Below, piece after piece: positions 40,250 to 49,267 of a DNA stretch of 64,000 nucleotides. Below the pieces are notes generated by a model. That model was given only the letters and a program-made list of their open reading frames with translations, searched no databases and was not told the DNA's origin. The DNA comes from Burkholderiales bacterium (GTDB taxonomy: Bacteria; Pseudomonadota; Gammaproteobacteria; Burkholderiales; SHXO01), in assembly GCA_035499005.1 (NCBI GenBank), contig DATJZQ010000158.1:3364-67363 (forward strand), written 5' to 3'. Each line of letters starts with the position of its first letter. Positions within the stretch are counted from its first letter, which is position 1. Both the position numbers and the translations under genes were made by a program.

Positions 40250-41479
40250 ATGACCTGGTTTGCACTCGTCGCAATCGCCCTGGCGGGCGCTGCCGTGCTG
40301 TTCCTGGTGGTTCCGTTGCTGCGGCCCCGGCGTGTTTCTGCGGCGTCACAGCGCGGGGCGAACATTTCGATTTTCCGGGACCAGGCCGGGGAGCTGGAGC
40401 GCGACCTTCACAGCGGCGCGCTCGGTGCCGCACAGTTCTCTCAAGCGCGAGCCGAGTTGGAGCAGCGCTTGCTCGACGAACTGCCAGGCACTGCACAGAC
40501 CGTTCCCACCGACGTGCGCACTGCGCGCCGTGCGGCATGGATGGTCGCCGTCGGTCTGCCCGTCTGCGCCGCTCTGCTGTATCTGTATCTGGGCAACCCG
40601 GCGGCGCTTACGGCGCCCAAGCGCGGCGCGCCCGAAGCGCCATCGATCACGGCCGAGCAGTTCCGCGACATGACGGAGAAGCTCGCATCACGGCTGGAAA
40701 AGCAGCCCAACGACCCTGTGGGCTGGATGATGCTCGGGCGCGCCTACAAAGCGTTGGAGCGCTACACAGACGCTGTCCACGCGCTGCAGCAGGCGGAGAA
40801 GCTGGAACCGCGCAACGCCGATATTCTCGTGGAGTACGCCGAGGCTCTGGCGCTGGAGCGTGGCCGTACTCTCGAAGGCGAACCCACGCGCTTGCTGGAG
40901 CGTGCGTTGCAGATTGCGCCCGATAACGAGAAGGCACTGACCTTGGCCGGTGCCGCCGCTTTCGGGCGCAACGATTACGCAGGCGCTGTACGCTATTGGC
41001 AGCGGCTGGTAGCCAAGCTGCCGGCGGACTCCGAGCTGGCGCACGCGCTGTCCACTGGAATCGCGGAAGCCAAAGCGCGCTCCGCGGGAAGAGCGCCGGC
41101 GGCACCGAGCACGGCGCAGCGCGAGGCCGGCGCATCTAGAACCGTGCGTGGGACCGTACGGCTGTCGCCTGCCCTTGCCACACGAGTTTCCCCTGAAGAC
41201 GCGCTGTTCGTCTTTGCGCGCGCGGCCGAAGGCCCAAAGATGCCGCTCGCGGTGCTCAAACGACGGGTGAAGGATTTGCCGCTCGCCTTCGAGCTGAACG
41301 ACAGCATGGCGATGACGCCAGGCCTCGAGCTCTCTTCCTTCCCTCGCGTGGTCGTCGGCGCCCGCATCTCCAAATCCGGCAGCGCGCTAGCGCAGGCGGG
41401 TGACCTGCAGGGCCAGAGTCAGGTGGTCGCGCCCGGCGCGAAAGGCGTGCTCGTCACGATCGACAGCGCCAGTCCATGA
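40250..41479 (+). CDS. ccmI: Cytochrome c-type biogenesis TPR protein CcmI
   Basis: ORF 409 aa. N-terminal TM pair, TPR repeats (GWMMLGRAYKALERYTDAVHALQQAEKLEP...). Last gene of ccm order. Confidence 0.85.
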   Translation: MTWFALVAIALAGAAVLFLVVPLLRPRRVSAASQRGANISIFRDQAGELERDLHSGALGAAQFSQARAELEQRLLDELPGTAQTVPTDVRTARRAAWMVAVGLPVCAALLYLYLGNPAALTAPKRGAPEAPSITAEQFRDMTEKLASRLEKQPNDPVGWMMLGRAYKALERYTDAVHALQQAEKLEPRNADILVEYAEALALERGRTLEGEPTRLLERALQIAPDNEKALTLAGAAAFGRNDYAGAVRYWQRLVAKLPADSELAHALSTGIAEAKARSAGRAPAAPSTAQREAGASRTVRGTVRLSPALATRVSPEDALFVFARAAEGPKMPLAVLKRRVKDLPLAFELNDSMAMTPGLELSSFPRVVVGARISKSGSALAQAGDLQGQSQVVAPGAKGVLVTIDSASP

Positions 41480-42519
41480 CGCCGCGGATGATCCGAGCCG
41501 CTTCACGCTTTGCGGTGTGCCTGGCCCTGGCGCTGTGTTGGGTTGTCAGCGCTGGCGCCCAGACCGCCGAGGACGGCGCCCGGCTTCGGCCCGAGATCGA
41601 GAAGTTCATCGCCTACATGGCGCAGACGCACGCCTTCAACCCGCGTGAGCTGCGTGTGCTGTTCGCCAAGGTGCAGCCCAGCCAGGACGTGACGCGGGCG
41701 ATGAGCTCACCGTCCACGGCAAAGCCGTGGTACGAGTTCAAGCCCCTGTTCGTGGATCAGGCGCGCATCAACGGTGGCGTCAAGTTCTGGAACGAGAACG
41801 CAGAGGTACTGACTCAGGCGCGGATGGAGTTCGGGGTGCCGGAAGCGATCGTGGTCGCGTTGCTCGGCGTCGAGACGCGCTATGGCCGCAACGCCGGCGG
41901 CTTCCGCGTGCTGGACACGCTCTCCACGCTGGCGTTCGACTGGCCTTCGCGGCGCGATTTTTTTCGTGGCCAGCTCGAGCAGTTCCTGCTGCTCGCGCGC
42001 GAGCAAGGCTGGGATCCGCTCGCGATCAAGGGATCGTTCGCGGGGGCGTTGGGCATGCCGCAATTTCTGCCCGGAAGCTACCGCAAGTACGCGATCGACT
42101 ACGATCGCGACGGACGTATCGATCTGTGGCGCAACCCAGCGGACGTGATCGGGAGCGTAGCAAGCTACCTCAAGGAGTTCGGCTGGAAGGACGGGGAACC
42201 CGTCGTGGCGCCAGCCCGGGTCGCCACACCCGAGTGGCAGGCGCTGCTCGACCTCGGGCTCAAGCCCTCGCTCACGCTCGAGCAGTGGAAGGTGCGCGGC
42301 GTGGACAGCTTGCAGGAGCTGCCGACCGCGTTGTCGGCCTGCCTGTTTTCCATCGATCTGGCGGGCGGAGCCGAGTTCTGGTTCGGATTCGACAACTTTT
42401 ACGCGCTGCTGCAATACAACCGCAGCCGCAATTACGCCATGGCGATCGTCGAGCTGGCGCGCGAGATCGCCCTAGAGCGCGACAGGCTGGCGCGGGCTGC
42501 GGTGCCGCATGTAGAGTGA
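41476..42519 (+). CDS. mltB: Lytic murein transglycosylase B
   Basis: ORF 347 aa. LGVETRYGRNAG, GALGMPQFLPGSYRKYAIDYDRDGRIDLW blocks. ATGA overlap with ccmI stop. Confidence 0.9.
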   Translation: MTPRMIRAASRFAVCLALALCWVVSAGAQTAEDGARLRPEIEKFIAYMAQTHAFNPRELRVLFAKVQPSQDVTRAMSSPSTAKPWYEFKPLFVDQARINGGVKFWNENAEVLTQARMEFGVPEAIVVALLGVETRYGRNAGGFRVLDTLSTLAFDWPSRRDFFRGQLEQFLLLAREQGWDPLAIKGSFAGALGMPQFLPGSYRKYAIDYDRDGRIDLWRNPADVIGSVASYLKEFGWKDGEPVVAPARVATPEWQALLDLGLKPSLTLEQWKVRGVDSLQELPTALSACLFSIDLAGGAEFWFGFDNFYALLQYNRSRNYAMAIVELAREIALERDRLARAAVPHVE

Positions 42520-42563
42520 ACGTTGGCGGTACGCCGAGCGTCGCGCCCAGCAGCGTGCGCAGC

Positions 42564-43298
42564 TCAGTTCATCAGGCTGGCGGCGCCGCAGTTGTCCGAG
42601 CCGTTGGCTTCGATCCAGGCCGCTGCGGCGGAATCCGAGTCGGTGCAGCCGTTCGGCGTCCCGCCGATCGGCGGAGCCGCTCCGGCGGCCGCGTAGGTCG
42701 AAAATCGCACCTTGCCGCTGCCCGGCAGACCGTCGTCGGTCTTGCGGTCGACCTCCGCGAGCACCACCGCCGGCACGTAGTTTCCAGTCTTGATGTTGTT
42801 GCGCGAGACGGCGTTCCCGCTGTAACCCCAGATGTTGTCCGTCACCACCTCCATATAGCCTCCGAACACGCTGCTTGGCGTGTTGTCGGGGGCGGGCGTT
42901 GTCGTAGCGGGGCTCGCCATCCGGTACTGACCGTTGATGAAGCCGGCGCTGCTCAGGTGCTGCCAGGCCAGAATTTCCTCGTGCAGCGCGCCGCCGGTGC
43001 CCCGCTCGATGCGGCCGTTACCGTTCCCGTTCAAACAGGGGGAAGGCCCGCAGTCGATGTTCGTGCTGGCGTTGGGGTAGTCGCCCGGGAGCCCCCGGAA
43101 GCGGTCTTGAAAGGCCAGGAACGCAGACTCGGCGGCGCCCTGCTGCGCGATGATGTCGCGAACGCGCGCGTTCTGCACAAGCTCGCGCCCTTGGAGAACG
43201 ACCTGGACGAGCAGTCCGAGCATGACCAGGACGACCGCCGCCTCCACCAGGGTGAGTCCGTGATTGGCTGAAGGACGAAGGGAACGACGGGGATGCAT
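42564..43298 (-). CDS. Prepilin-type N-terminal cleavage/methylation-domain protein, large type IV pilin-like (244 aa)
   Basis: ORF 42564..43415 trimmed to ATG (complement of 43296-43298), 5 nt after GGGAGGAG. Leader MHPRRSLRPSANHG followed by LTLVEAAVVLVMLGLLVQVVL (Glu at +5). C-terminal Cys pair CTDSDSAAAAWIEANGSDNC resembling a pilin D-region. Confidence 0.8.
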   Translation of the reverse strand: MHPRRSLRPSANHGLTLVEAAVVLVMLGLLVQVVLQGRELVQNARVRDIIAQQGAAESAFLAFQDRFRGLPGDYPNASTNIDCGPSPCLNGNGNGRIERGTGGALHEEILAWQHLSSAGFINGQYRMASPATTTPAPDNTPSSVFGGYMEVVTDNIWGYSGNAVSRNNIKTGNYVPAVVLAEVDRKTDDGLPGSGKVRFSTYAAAGAAPPIGGTPNGCTDSDSAAAAWIEANGSDNCGAASLMN

Positions 43299-43410
43299 CG
43301 AGGCTCCTCCCATTGGTCTCCATGTTTGTCGCCGGGCATCCGTGCCCGCGGCGCCCTGTTTGAATTTTTCAGGGGGGCACACGGCCCCATGGCGCCTGAT
43401 TTCGTCCCCA

Positions 43411-43426
43411 GGCAACTGTCGTGCCT
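43411..43426 (-). promoter_or_regulatory. Sigma-54 (RpoN) promoter, near-consensus -24/-12 element
   Basis: Minus strand reads A-GGCACG-ACAG-TTGC-C versus consensus TGGCACG-N4-TTGCW, with correct GG/GC spacing. Lies ~113 nt upstream of the pilin-like ATG. Confidence 0.65.
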
Positions 43427-43809
43427 AACGCACGGTGCGCCCTGGCGTACCCAAGCGGGGGCCCGGGATTGCATCGCGACGGTAGAGTGTTTCGTCGCGA
43501 GCGGCAGTTTCCACAGTCAGCTCGACGCAGGTGGAACCGGCTAACCGATTGAATATAGACGCTTTGAGCTCGCCCACGCCATGCTTGGCGCAACCGACGT
43601 CTTCGGCAGCTGCAGGCGGTGCCGCCGGGCGGGTCAGGGCGGCGTCTGGAGATTCGGGAACTGCCCCTGTAAACGGAGGTGACACTTGGCCGATCAGCGG
43701 CATGCGCAGGTCGGCGTGAGGCGGGGCATCGCGGTCGAATTCTGAGATGCGCGGCCTCGATCCTTGCGGGACCAGGCGGCGATCTGGCGCGCGGGGGGCC
43801 GCCCGCTAC

Positions 43810-44250
43810 CTAGGAACCGACGCTTCGTTGTACGTGCGGCACCCGCTGCGCGCCCAGTTTCATCTCGTGCGACGCGCTTGCCCAGGCGTGCACGCGGGGC
43901 GTTCCGGCGGGCAGCCATCCTCGGCGCGCGATGCGCATCAGGGAAATGACGTTAAACAGCGCGACCACGCAGACGAGCGACGCGAGCGCCTGCGCTATGC
44001 TGACGGTGAGCGCAGCCGACTCAGTGTCCGCCAAAGCCAAGCTCGACAGCGTCTGCGCCGACCTGACACCGGTCTGCGCTGCGTTGTTGCCTTGACTCAA
44101 CATCGCAACGCGCTGCTGCAGCGCTGCGTAGTCCGCTTGCATGCGCTCGGAGCCGTGCTGGAGCTGAATCGACAGCCACAGCAGTGCGATCGAGATCGCA
44201 AACAGTATCGCGGGGACGATGCCGAGAGAGATGAGGTCACGCCTGGACAT
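43810..44250 (-). CDS. Hypothetical membrane protein (two predicted TM helices flanking a Gln/Ala-rich helical segment)
   Basis: ORF 146 aa. TM1 LISLGIVPAILFAISIALLWLSI, TM2 ALASLVCVVALFNVISLMRI. No family recognised. Confidence 0.5.
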   Translation of the reverse strand: MSRRDLISLGIVPAILFAISIALLWLSIQLQHGSERMQADYAALQQRVAMLSQGNNAAQTGVRSAQTLSSLALADTESAALTVSIAQALASLVCVVALFNVISLMRIARRGWLPAGTPRVHAWASASHEMKLGAQRVPHVQRSVGS

Positions 44251-44342
44251 GTTTTTGTGTGAGCTCCGACCTGCGGTTTGGATCAGCAGCGCCCGGTGCA
44301 GCCGCCCGGGAGGCGCAGACCGCGCAGCGGTACGCGATGTTC

Positions 44343-44666
44343 TCAGTTTCCCGGGACGAGCTGGTCCAGGGCGGGCGAATCAACCAGTTCCTGCTCCGCG
44401 CGATAGGCCAGGTCGACCAGAACGCTGGCTTCATCACCGGTGAGCACCAGCGGGTCGCCGTTCAGCGGCACGCGGATCGCGGTGTGCTGCGCCAAGTACT
44501 GGTAGACCTCCGAGCGGAACTCGAACGGTATCGACGTGACGTACACGCGATGCGCACCCGAGGGCACGACGCTGACTCGAACCGACGTGGGGGCGATGCC
44601 GCACGTGATCTCCGCCAGCTTCCTGAGGGCCATGCGCACCGTTACGCTCGTGACAGTGATGCTCAT
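44343..44666 (-). CDS. Hypothetical protein (107 aa)
   Basis: ORF 44343..44678. Start placed at the third Met (MSITVTSVTV...), 6 nt after GGAG. No family recognised. Confidence 0.45.
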   Translation of the reverse strand: MSITVTSVTVRMALRKLAEITCGIAPTSVRVSVVPSGAHRVYVTSIPFEFRSEVYQYLAQHTAIRVPLNGDPLVLTGDEASVLVDLAYRAEQELVDSPALDQLVPGN

Positions 44667-44857
44667 CTCATGCTCCATTGCTCAGCGTTCTGTCGGAGCT
44701 AAGCAAGGGCTTTGCCCGCGCGCCGCACATTGACATTTTCGCAGCAATTGAATGCGGCGCCGCGTGTGTGCCTGCGCGCAGCACGGCCCGCCGTGACTCG
44801 CAGGCACGCGGCGACTCGAGAGCTGCGCTCAAGATTGTTTGTGCGTGCCGTCGCGTT

Positions 44858-47425
44858 TCAGTCGAGCAACTTGCGCAACCGGTAGATGAGCTCGAGCGCC
44901 TGTCGCGGAGTAATCGCGTCGGGATCGGCCTGGCGCAGCTCGTACAATGCCGTTTGCAACGCTGCTGTGGAGGCGTCCGCCGGCGCCGGGGGCCGCTGGA
45001 ACAAGTCCGCCTGCGGACCGTGCGTTTCGTCGCGCGTCTCGAGCTCCGATAGACGCTTCCTCGCTGCGCGTATCACCACAGGAGGCACACCTGCAAGTTG
45101 CGCAACCTGCAGACCATAGCTTTGCGATGCCGGCCCGGCTTCGACGCTGTGCAAGAACACGATGTGGTCCTTGTGCTCGACGGCATCGAGATGCACGTTC
45201 GCGATCTCGCGATACTCCTGGGCTAGCTGCGTCAACTCGAAATAGTGCGTGGCGAACAGCGTGTACGCCTGAGTTTTTTCGGTGAGGTGACGTGCGATAG
45301 CCCAGGCGAGCGCCAGCCCGTCGAAAGTCGAAGTACCCCGACCTACCTCGTCCATCAGCACCAGACTGCTGCGGCTGGCGTTGTGCAGAATGTTAGCCGT
45401 TTCGGTCATCTCCACCATGAACGTAGAGCGCCCCAGCGCCAATTCGTCCGCTGCGCCGATGCGAGTGAAGATGGCGTCGATCGGCCCCAGCCGCGCTGCT
45501 TTGGCGGGCACGAAGCAGCCGCAGTAGGCGAGCAGCACGATCAGCGCGGTCTGACGCATGTACGTGCTCTTGCCGCCCATGTTGGGACCGGTGATGAGCA
45601 GCAGCTTGCGAGACAGCGACAGCCGCAGATCGTTGGGGACGAAGCTCGCGACCTGCTGCTCCACCACTGGGTGGCGGCCCGCCTCGATCTCGATCGTGTC
45701 CTCGTCGGCAAAAGAGGGCCGCGTGTAGCCCAGCGCCAGGGCGCGCTCAGCGAAGGTCGCTAACAGATCGAGCTCAGCCAGCGCTGCCGCAAGCGGCAGC
45801 AGAACCGGTATGGCCTGCGCGAGCTGGTCGAGCAGGCGCTCGTAAAGCAGTTTCTCGCGCGCGACGGCGCGCTCCTGCGCTGACAAGGCTTTGTCTTCGA
45901 AGGCCTTCAACTCCGGCGTGATGAAGCGCTCTGCGTTCTTGAGCGTCTGGCGGCGCCGATAGTCGTGCGGAGCTTTGTCGGCATTGGATCGCGTGAGCTC
46001 GATGTAAAACCCGTGCACGCGGTTGTACTCGACTCTCAAGTTGGGGATACCGGTGCGCGCCCGTTCCCGGCGTTCCAGCTCCAGAAGAAACGCGCCGCAG
46101 TTGTTCTGGATCGCGCGCAGCTCATCGAGCTCGGCATCGTAGCCGTCGGCGATGACGCCGCCTTCGCGCACCGTTGCGCTCGGCTCGGGGCGGATGGCGC
46201 GGGCGAGCAAATCTGCCAGCTCGGGATGCGGCGCGGCATGCCGCGACAGTTCGGTCAGGCGCGGGCTCGAGGGCTCCGAGAAGCTTGCCTGGAGCTCGGG
46301 TAGCAGCTGCAGCGTGGCGTGCAATCCGGTGAGGTCGCGGGGACGGGCGCTTCGCAGTGCGATGCGTGCTGTGATGCGTTCCACGTCGGCTGCTCGCTTC
46401 AACAGGGTGCGCACCGTTTCGAACGGACCCGCTCCGCTCGGTCCAGCCAGTACCTGCACTGCGTCGAGTCTCGCATCCACCGAAGGTCGATCCCGCAATG
46501 GATGATGCAGGACATGGCGCAGGAGGCGGCTGCCCATGCTGCTCGTGCACGTGTCGAGCAACGAGAGCAGGGTTGGCGCAGCCTCCCCGCGCAAAGTCTC
46601 GCTGATTTCGAGGTTGCGGCGGGTCACAGCGTCCAGGCGCAGGAAGTCCGACTGATGCTCAACTCGCAGGGAGCACACATGCGGCAGCGCGCCCCCTTGC
46701 GTGGTGCGGCAGTAGTCGAGGAGCGCCCCGGCAGCGCCGAGCGCTGGCCCCAGAGTCTCGCAGCCGAAGGCGCCCAGGTCGCGCGTCCCAAACTGCCGGC
46801 TGAGATTGCGCACCGCGGAGTCGCGATCGAAGGCCCACGCTGGCAGCCGTCGCTGCGGAACCTCGAGGCCAGGAGGCAGCAGATCATCGCTGCCCTCGGG
46901 CAACAGAATCTCGGCCGGGCCGAGGCGCTCCAGCTCCGACGCCAAGTTGTCAGGCAGGGTTTCGAGCACGCGAAAGTCGCCAGAAGCGAGGCTCAGCCAG
47001 GCGATGCCGACTACCTGCTGCCCGGGAGCGATCGCGAGCAGAGCGTTCTCGCGCTTCTCGTCCAGCAGAGCGGCGTCGCTGAGCGTACCCGGGGTGATGA
47101 TGCGGGTGACCTGCCGTTCGATCGGTCCTTTGGACGTGGCCGGATCGCCGACCTGCTCGCAGATCGCGACCGACTCGCCGATCTTGAGCAGCCGCGCCAC
47201 GTATTGATCGACGGAATGGACCGGGACGCCCGCCATCTTGACCGGTGCGCCAGCGGACGCGCCACGCTGAGTGAGAGTGATGTCGAGGAGCCGCGACGCG
47301 CGCTCCGCGTCATCGTAGAACAGCTCGTAGAAGTCGCCCATGCGATACAGCAGCAGAGTATCCGGATGCTGCGCCTTGATGCGCAGGTACTGCTGCATCA
47401 TGGGCGTGTGATCTGCCTGGTTCAT
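44858..47425 (-). CDS. mutS: DNA mismatch repair protein MutS
   Basis: ORF 855 aa. [30 protein letters not shown], Walker [24 protein letters not shown]-terminal dimerisation region. Confidence 0.96.
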   Translation of the reverse strand: MNQADHTPMMQQYLRIKAQHPDTLLLYRMGDFYELFYDDAERASRLLDITLTQRGASAGAPVKMAGVPVHSVDQYVARLLKIGESVAICEQVGDPATSKGPIERQVTRIITPGTLSDAALLDEKRENALLAIAPGQQVVGIAWLSLASGDFRVLETLPDNLASELERLGPAEILLPEGSDDLLPPGLEVPQRRLPAWAFDRDSAVRNLSRQFGTRDLGAFGCETLGPALGAAGALLDYCRTTQGGALPHVCSLRVEHQSDFLRLDAVTRRNLEISETLRGEAAPTLLSLLDTCTSSMGSRLLRHVLHHPLRDRPSVDARLDAVQVLAGPSGAGPFETVRTLLKRAADVERITARIALRSARPRDLTGLHATLQLLPELQASFSEPSSPRLTELSRHAAPHPELADLLARAIRPEPSATVREGGVIADGYDAELDELRAIQNNCGAFLLELERRERARTGIPNLRVEYNRVHGFYIELTRSNADKAPHDYRRRQTLKNAERFITPELKAFEDKALSAQERAVAREKLLYERLLDQLAQAIPVLLPLAAALAELDLLATFAERALALGYTRPSFADEDTIEIEAGRHPVVEQQVASFVPNDLRLSLSRKLLLITGPNMGGKSTYMRQTALIVLLAYCGCFVPAKAARLGPIDAIFTRIGAADELALGRSTFMVEMTETANILHNASRSSLVLMDEVGRGTSTFDGLALAWAIARHLTEKTQAYTLFATHYFELTQLAQEYREIANVHLDAVEHKDHIVFLHSVEAGPASQSYGLQVAQLAGVPPVVIRAARKRLSELETRDETHGPQADLFQRPPAPADASTAALQTALYELRQADPDAITPRQALELIYRLRKLLD

Positions 47426-47677
47426 CGGCGCATTTCTAATCCGGCATTCAACTGCGGTCTGTGCGAGCGCGGCTCGCGCGATCGGCGCGGGCGTAGGGAG
47501 TGGTTCGAAAACGCCGCTAGACTACCATCGAGCTAAGGGGCCTGCGGCGTAGGGAACGCGATCCTGCGTTGACCTGAGACGGGCGTCTCAGTACAGTCTG
47601 ACGGTGAAGCGGTGGGTCGGGCGCTGGCCGCCTGCAGTTGCAGCGTTGCAGCGACAGCCTTTGCTTGAGGGACCAGC

Positions 47678-48553
47678 ATGCCAAGAATCGCACGCAGCCA
47701 GATCCTGGAAAAATTCCGCGGCATGGTGGAGCGCGGCGAACCGATCATCGGCGGTGGTGCCGGCACGGGGCTGTCGGCGAAGTGCGAGGAGGCCGGAGGC
47801 ATCGACCTGATCGTGATCTACAATTCAGGCCGCTATCGCATGGCGGGGCGCGGGTCGCTGGCCGGCATGATGGCATACGGCAACGCCAATCAGATCGTGC
47901 TGGAGATGGCGGCCGAAGTGCTCCCGGTGGTAAGGAGGACCCCCGTCCTGGCAGGGGTCAACGGCACCGATCCATTCATGTTGCTTGAACCGTTCCTGCG
48001 TCAGCTGATCGAGCTCGGATTCTCCGGCGTGCAGAATTTCCCGACGGTCGGCCTCATCGACGGGAAGTTTCGCGCCAATCTGGAAGAAACCGGCATGGGC
48101 TACGGTCCCGAAGTAGACCTGATCCGCAAAGCGCACGCCATGGACCTGCTCACCACGCCCTATGTATTCAGTGCCGAAGACGCACAGGCGATGGCGGCAG
48201 CGGGCGCCGATATCATCGTGTGCCACCTGGGTCTCACTACCGGCGGATCAATCGGCGCTGATACCGCCTTCAAGCTGGACGAGTGCGTCGAGCTGATCGA
48301 GAATTGGGCACAGGCCGCGCTGCGTGTGCGCCGGGACGTGATCGTTCTGTGTCATGGCGGCCCCGTCGCCACGCCGGAAGACGCTTCGTTCGTGCTGGCC
48401 AACTGTGAGGATTGCCATGGCTTCTACGGGGCCAGCAGCATGGAGCGCCTGCCGGCGGAAGCCGCGCTAACCGAACAGACGCGGCGCTTCAAAGCCATTA
48501 CAGCCAGACGCACCCCGGGTAACGCCCGTGCAACGCGGGCGGGCCTAAAATAG
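47678..48553 (+). CDS. Phosphoenolpyruvate-hydrolase-like TIM-barrel protein (PF09370-type 'TIM-barrel signal transduction' family)
   Basis: ORF 291 aa. [80 protein letters not shown] blocks as recalled for this family. Confidence 0.8.
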   Translation: MPRIARSQILEKFRGMVERGEPIIGGGAGTGLSAKCEEAGGIDLIVIYNSGRYRMAGRGSLAGMMAYGNANQIVLEMAAEVLPVVRRTPVLAGVNGTDPFMLLEPFLRQLIELGFSGVQNFPTVGLIDGKFRANLEETGMGYGPEVDLIRKAHAMDLLTTPYVFSAEDAQAMAAAGADIIVCHLGLTTGGSIGADTAFKLDECVELIENWAQAALRVRRDVIVLCHGGPVATPEDASFVLANCEDCHGFYGASSMERLPAEAALTEQTRRFKAITARRTPGNARATRAGLK

Positions 48554-48620
48554 GCGCCGAATCGCGCGCAAGCGCACGGATCGGCATCGACCGGATCGCA
48601 CTCATCGCGGGGATTGCTCC

Positions 48621-49061
48621 ATGGTCAAAGTCTACGTCTCAAGCGTCATAGACGCGCCGGTCGAGCGGGTATGGGCCCATATCCGCGATTTCAACGGCCT
48701 GCCGAGGTGGGTGCCGGCGGTAGCGGACAGCCGCATCGAAGGAGGCGTCGCGGCCGATAAAGTCGGCTGCGTTCGTAACTTCAACCTGCACGACGGCGGC
48801 AACCTCCGTGAGCAGTTGCTCGCGCTGTCCGACTGCGATTACAGCGTCACGTACAACATCCTCGTCTCGCCGATGGGTGTGCAGAATTATGTGGCGACTC
48901 TGAAGCTGACGCCCGTAACCGACGGCGGACGTACCTTCGTGCAGTGGACCGCCGAATTCGATTGCGAGACTGGGCGCGAGCGTGAGCTCTCCGATGACAT
49001 CGGCAACGGTGTGTTCCAGGCTGCCTTCGACAATCTGAAGCGCCAACTCGATAGGACCTGA
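48621..49061 (+). CDS. SRPBCC-superfamily protein (Polyketide_cyc2-like)
   Basis: ORF 146 aa. VERVWAHIRDFNGLPRWVP block typical of the fold. Confidence 0.7.
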   Translation: MVKVYVSSVIDAPVERVWAHIRDFNGLPRWVPAVADSRIEGGVAADKVGCVRNFNLHDGGNLREQLLALSDCDYSVTYNILVSPMGVQNYVATLKLTPVTDGGRTFVQWTAEFDCETGRERELSDDIGNGVFQAAFDNLKRQLDRT

Positions 49062-49143
49062 GCGGGTTATTGCCCGATTGGCTGGACCCCTTCCGTCCTG
49101 AGGCGCGCCGCAGGGCAACCCGATGTCGTTCCTCACCGACGGC

Positions 49144-49159
49144 TGGCATGGAACGTGCA
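49144..49159 (+). promoter_or_regulatory. Sigma-54-like -24/-12 element (TGGCAT-GGAAC-GTGCA)
   Basis: Correct GG-N10-GC spacing, two mismatches to TGGCACG-N4-TTGCW. Lies ~110 nt upstream of the histidine-kinase start. A GATAAT/TAATAT sigma-70-like box follows at ~49168-49176, so the assignment is ambiguous. Confidence 0.4.
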
Positions 49160-49267
49160 TTTTGCCGATAATATTTCACAAGTTCGACGCGGGCGATCGG
49201 CGAAAGCAGCAGAGGGGATCGACGCTCGGACGGCGCAACCAACAAATCACCTGACTCGGCGTCCACC

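Noticed and set aside
41727-43271. 514-aa plus-strand ORF spanning mltB and the pilin-like gene
   Set aside because: It is out of frame with mltB and antisense to the pilin gene. It is Arg/Gly/Ala-rich with no motifs.
43425-43703. 92-aa minus-strand ORF in the pilin upstream spacer
   Set aside because: It is not called as a gene. Third-position GC is about 62 percent by hand count, clearly lower than my impression for neighbouring genes. It has no RBS and no recognisable family. It is kept as a possibility in the findings.
46319-47536. 405-aa plus-strand ORF
   Set aside because: It is antisense to mutS.
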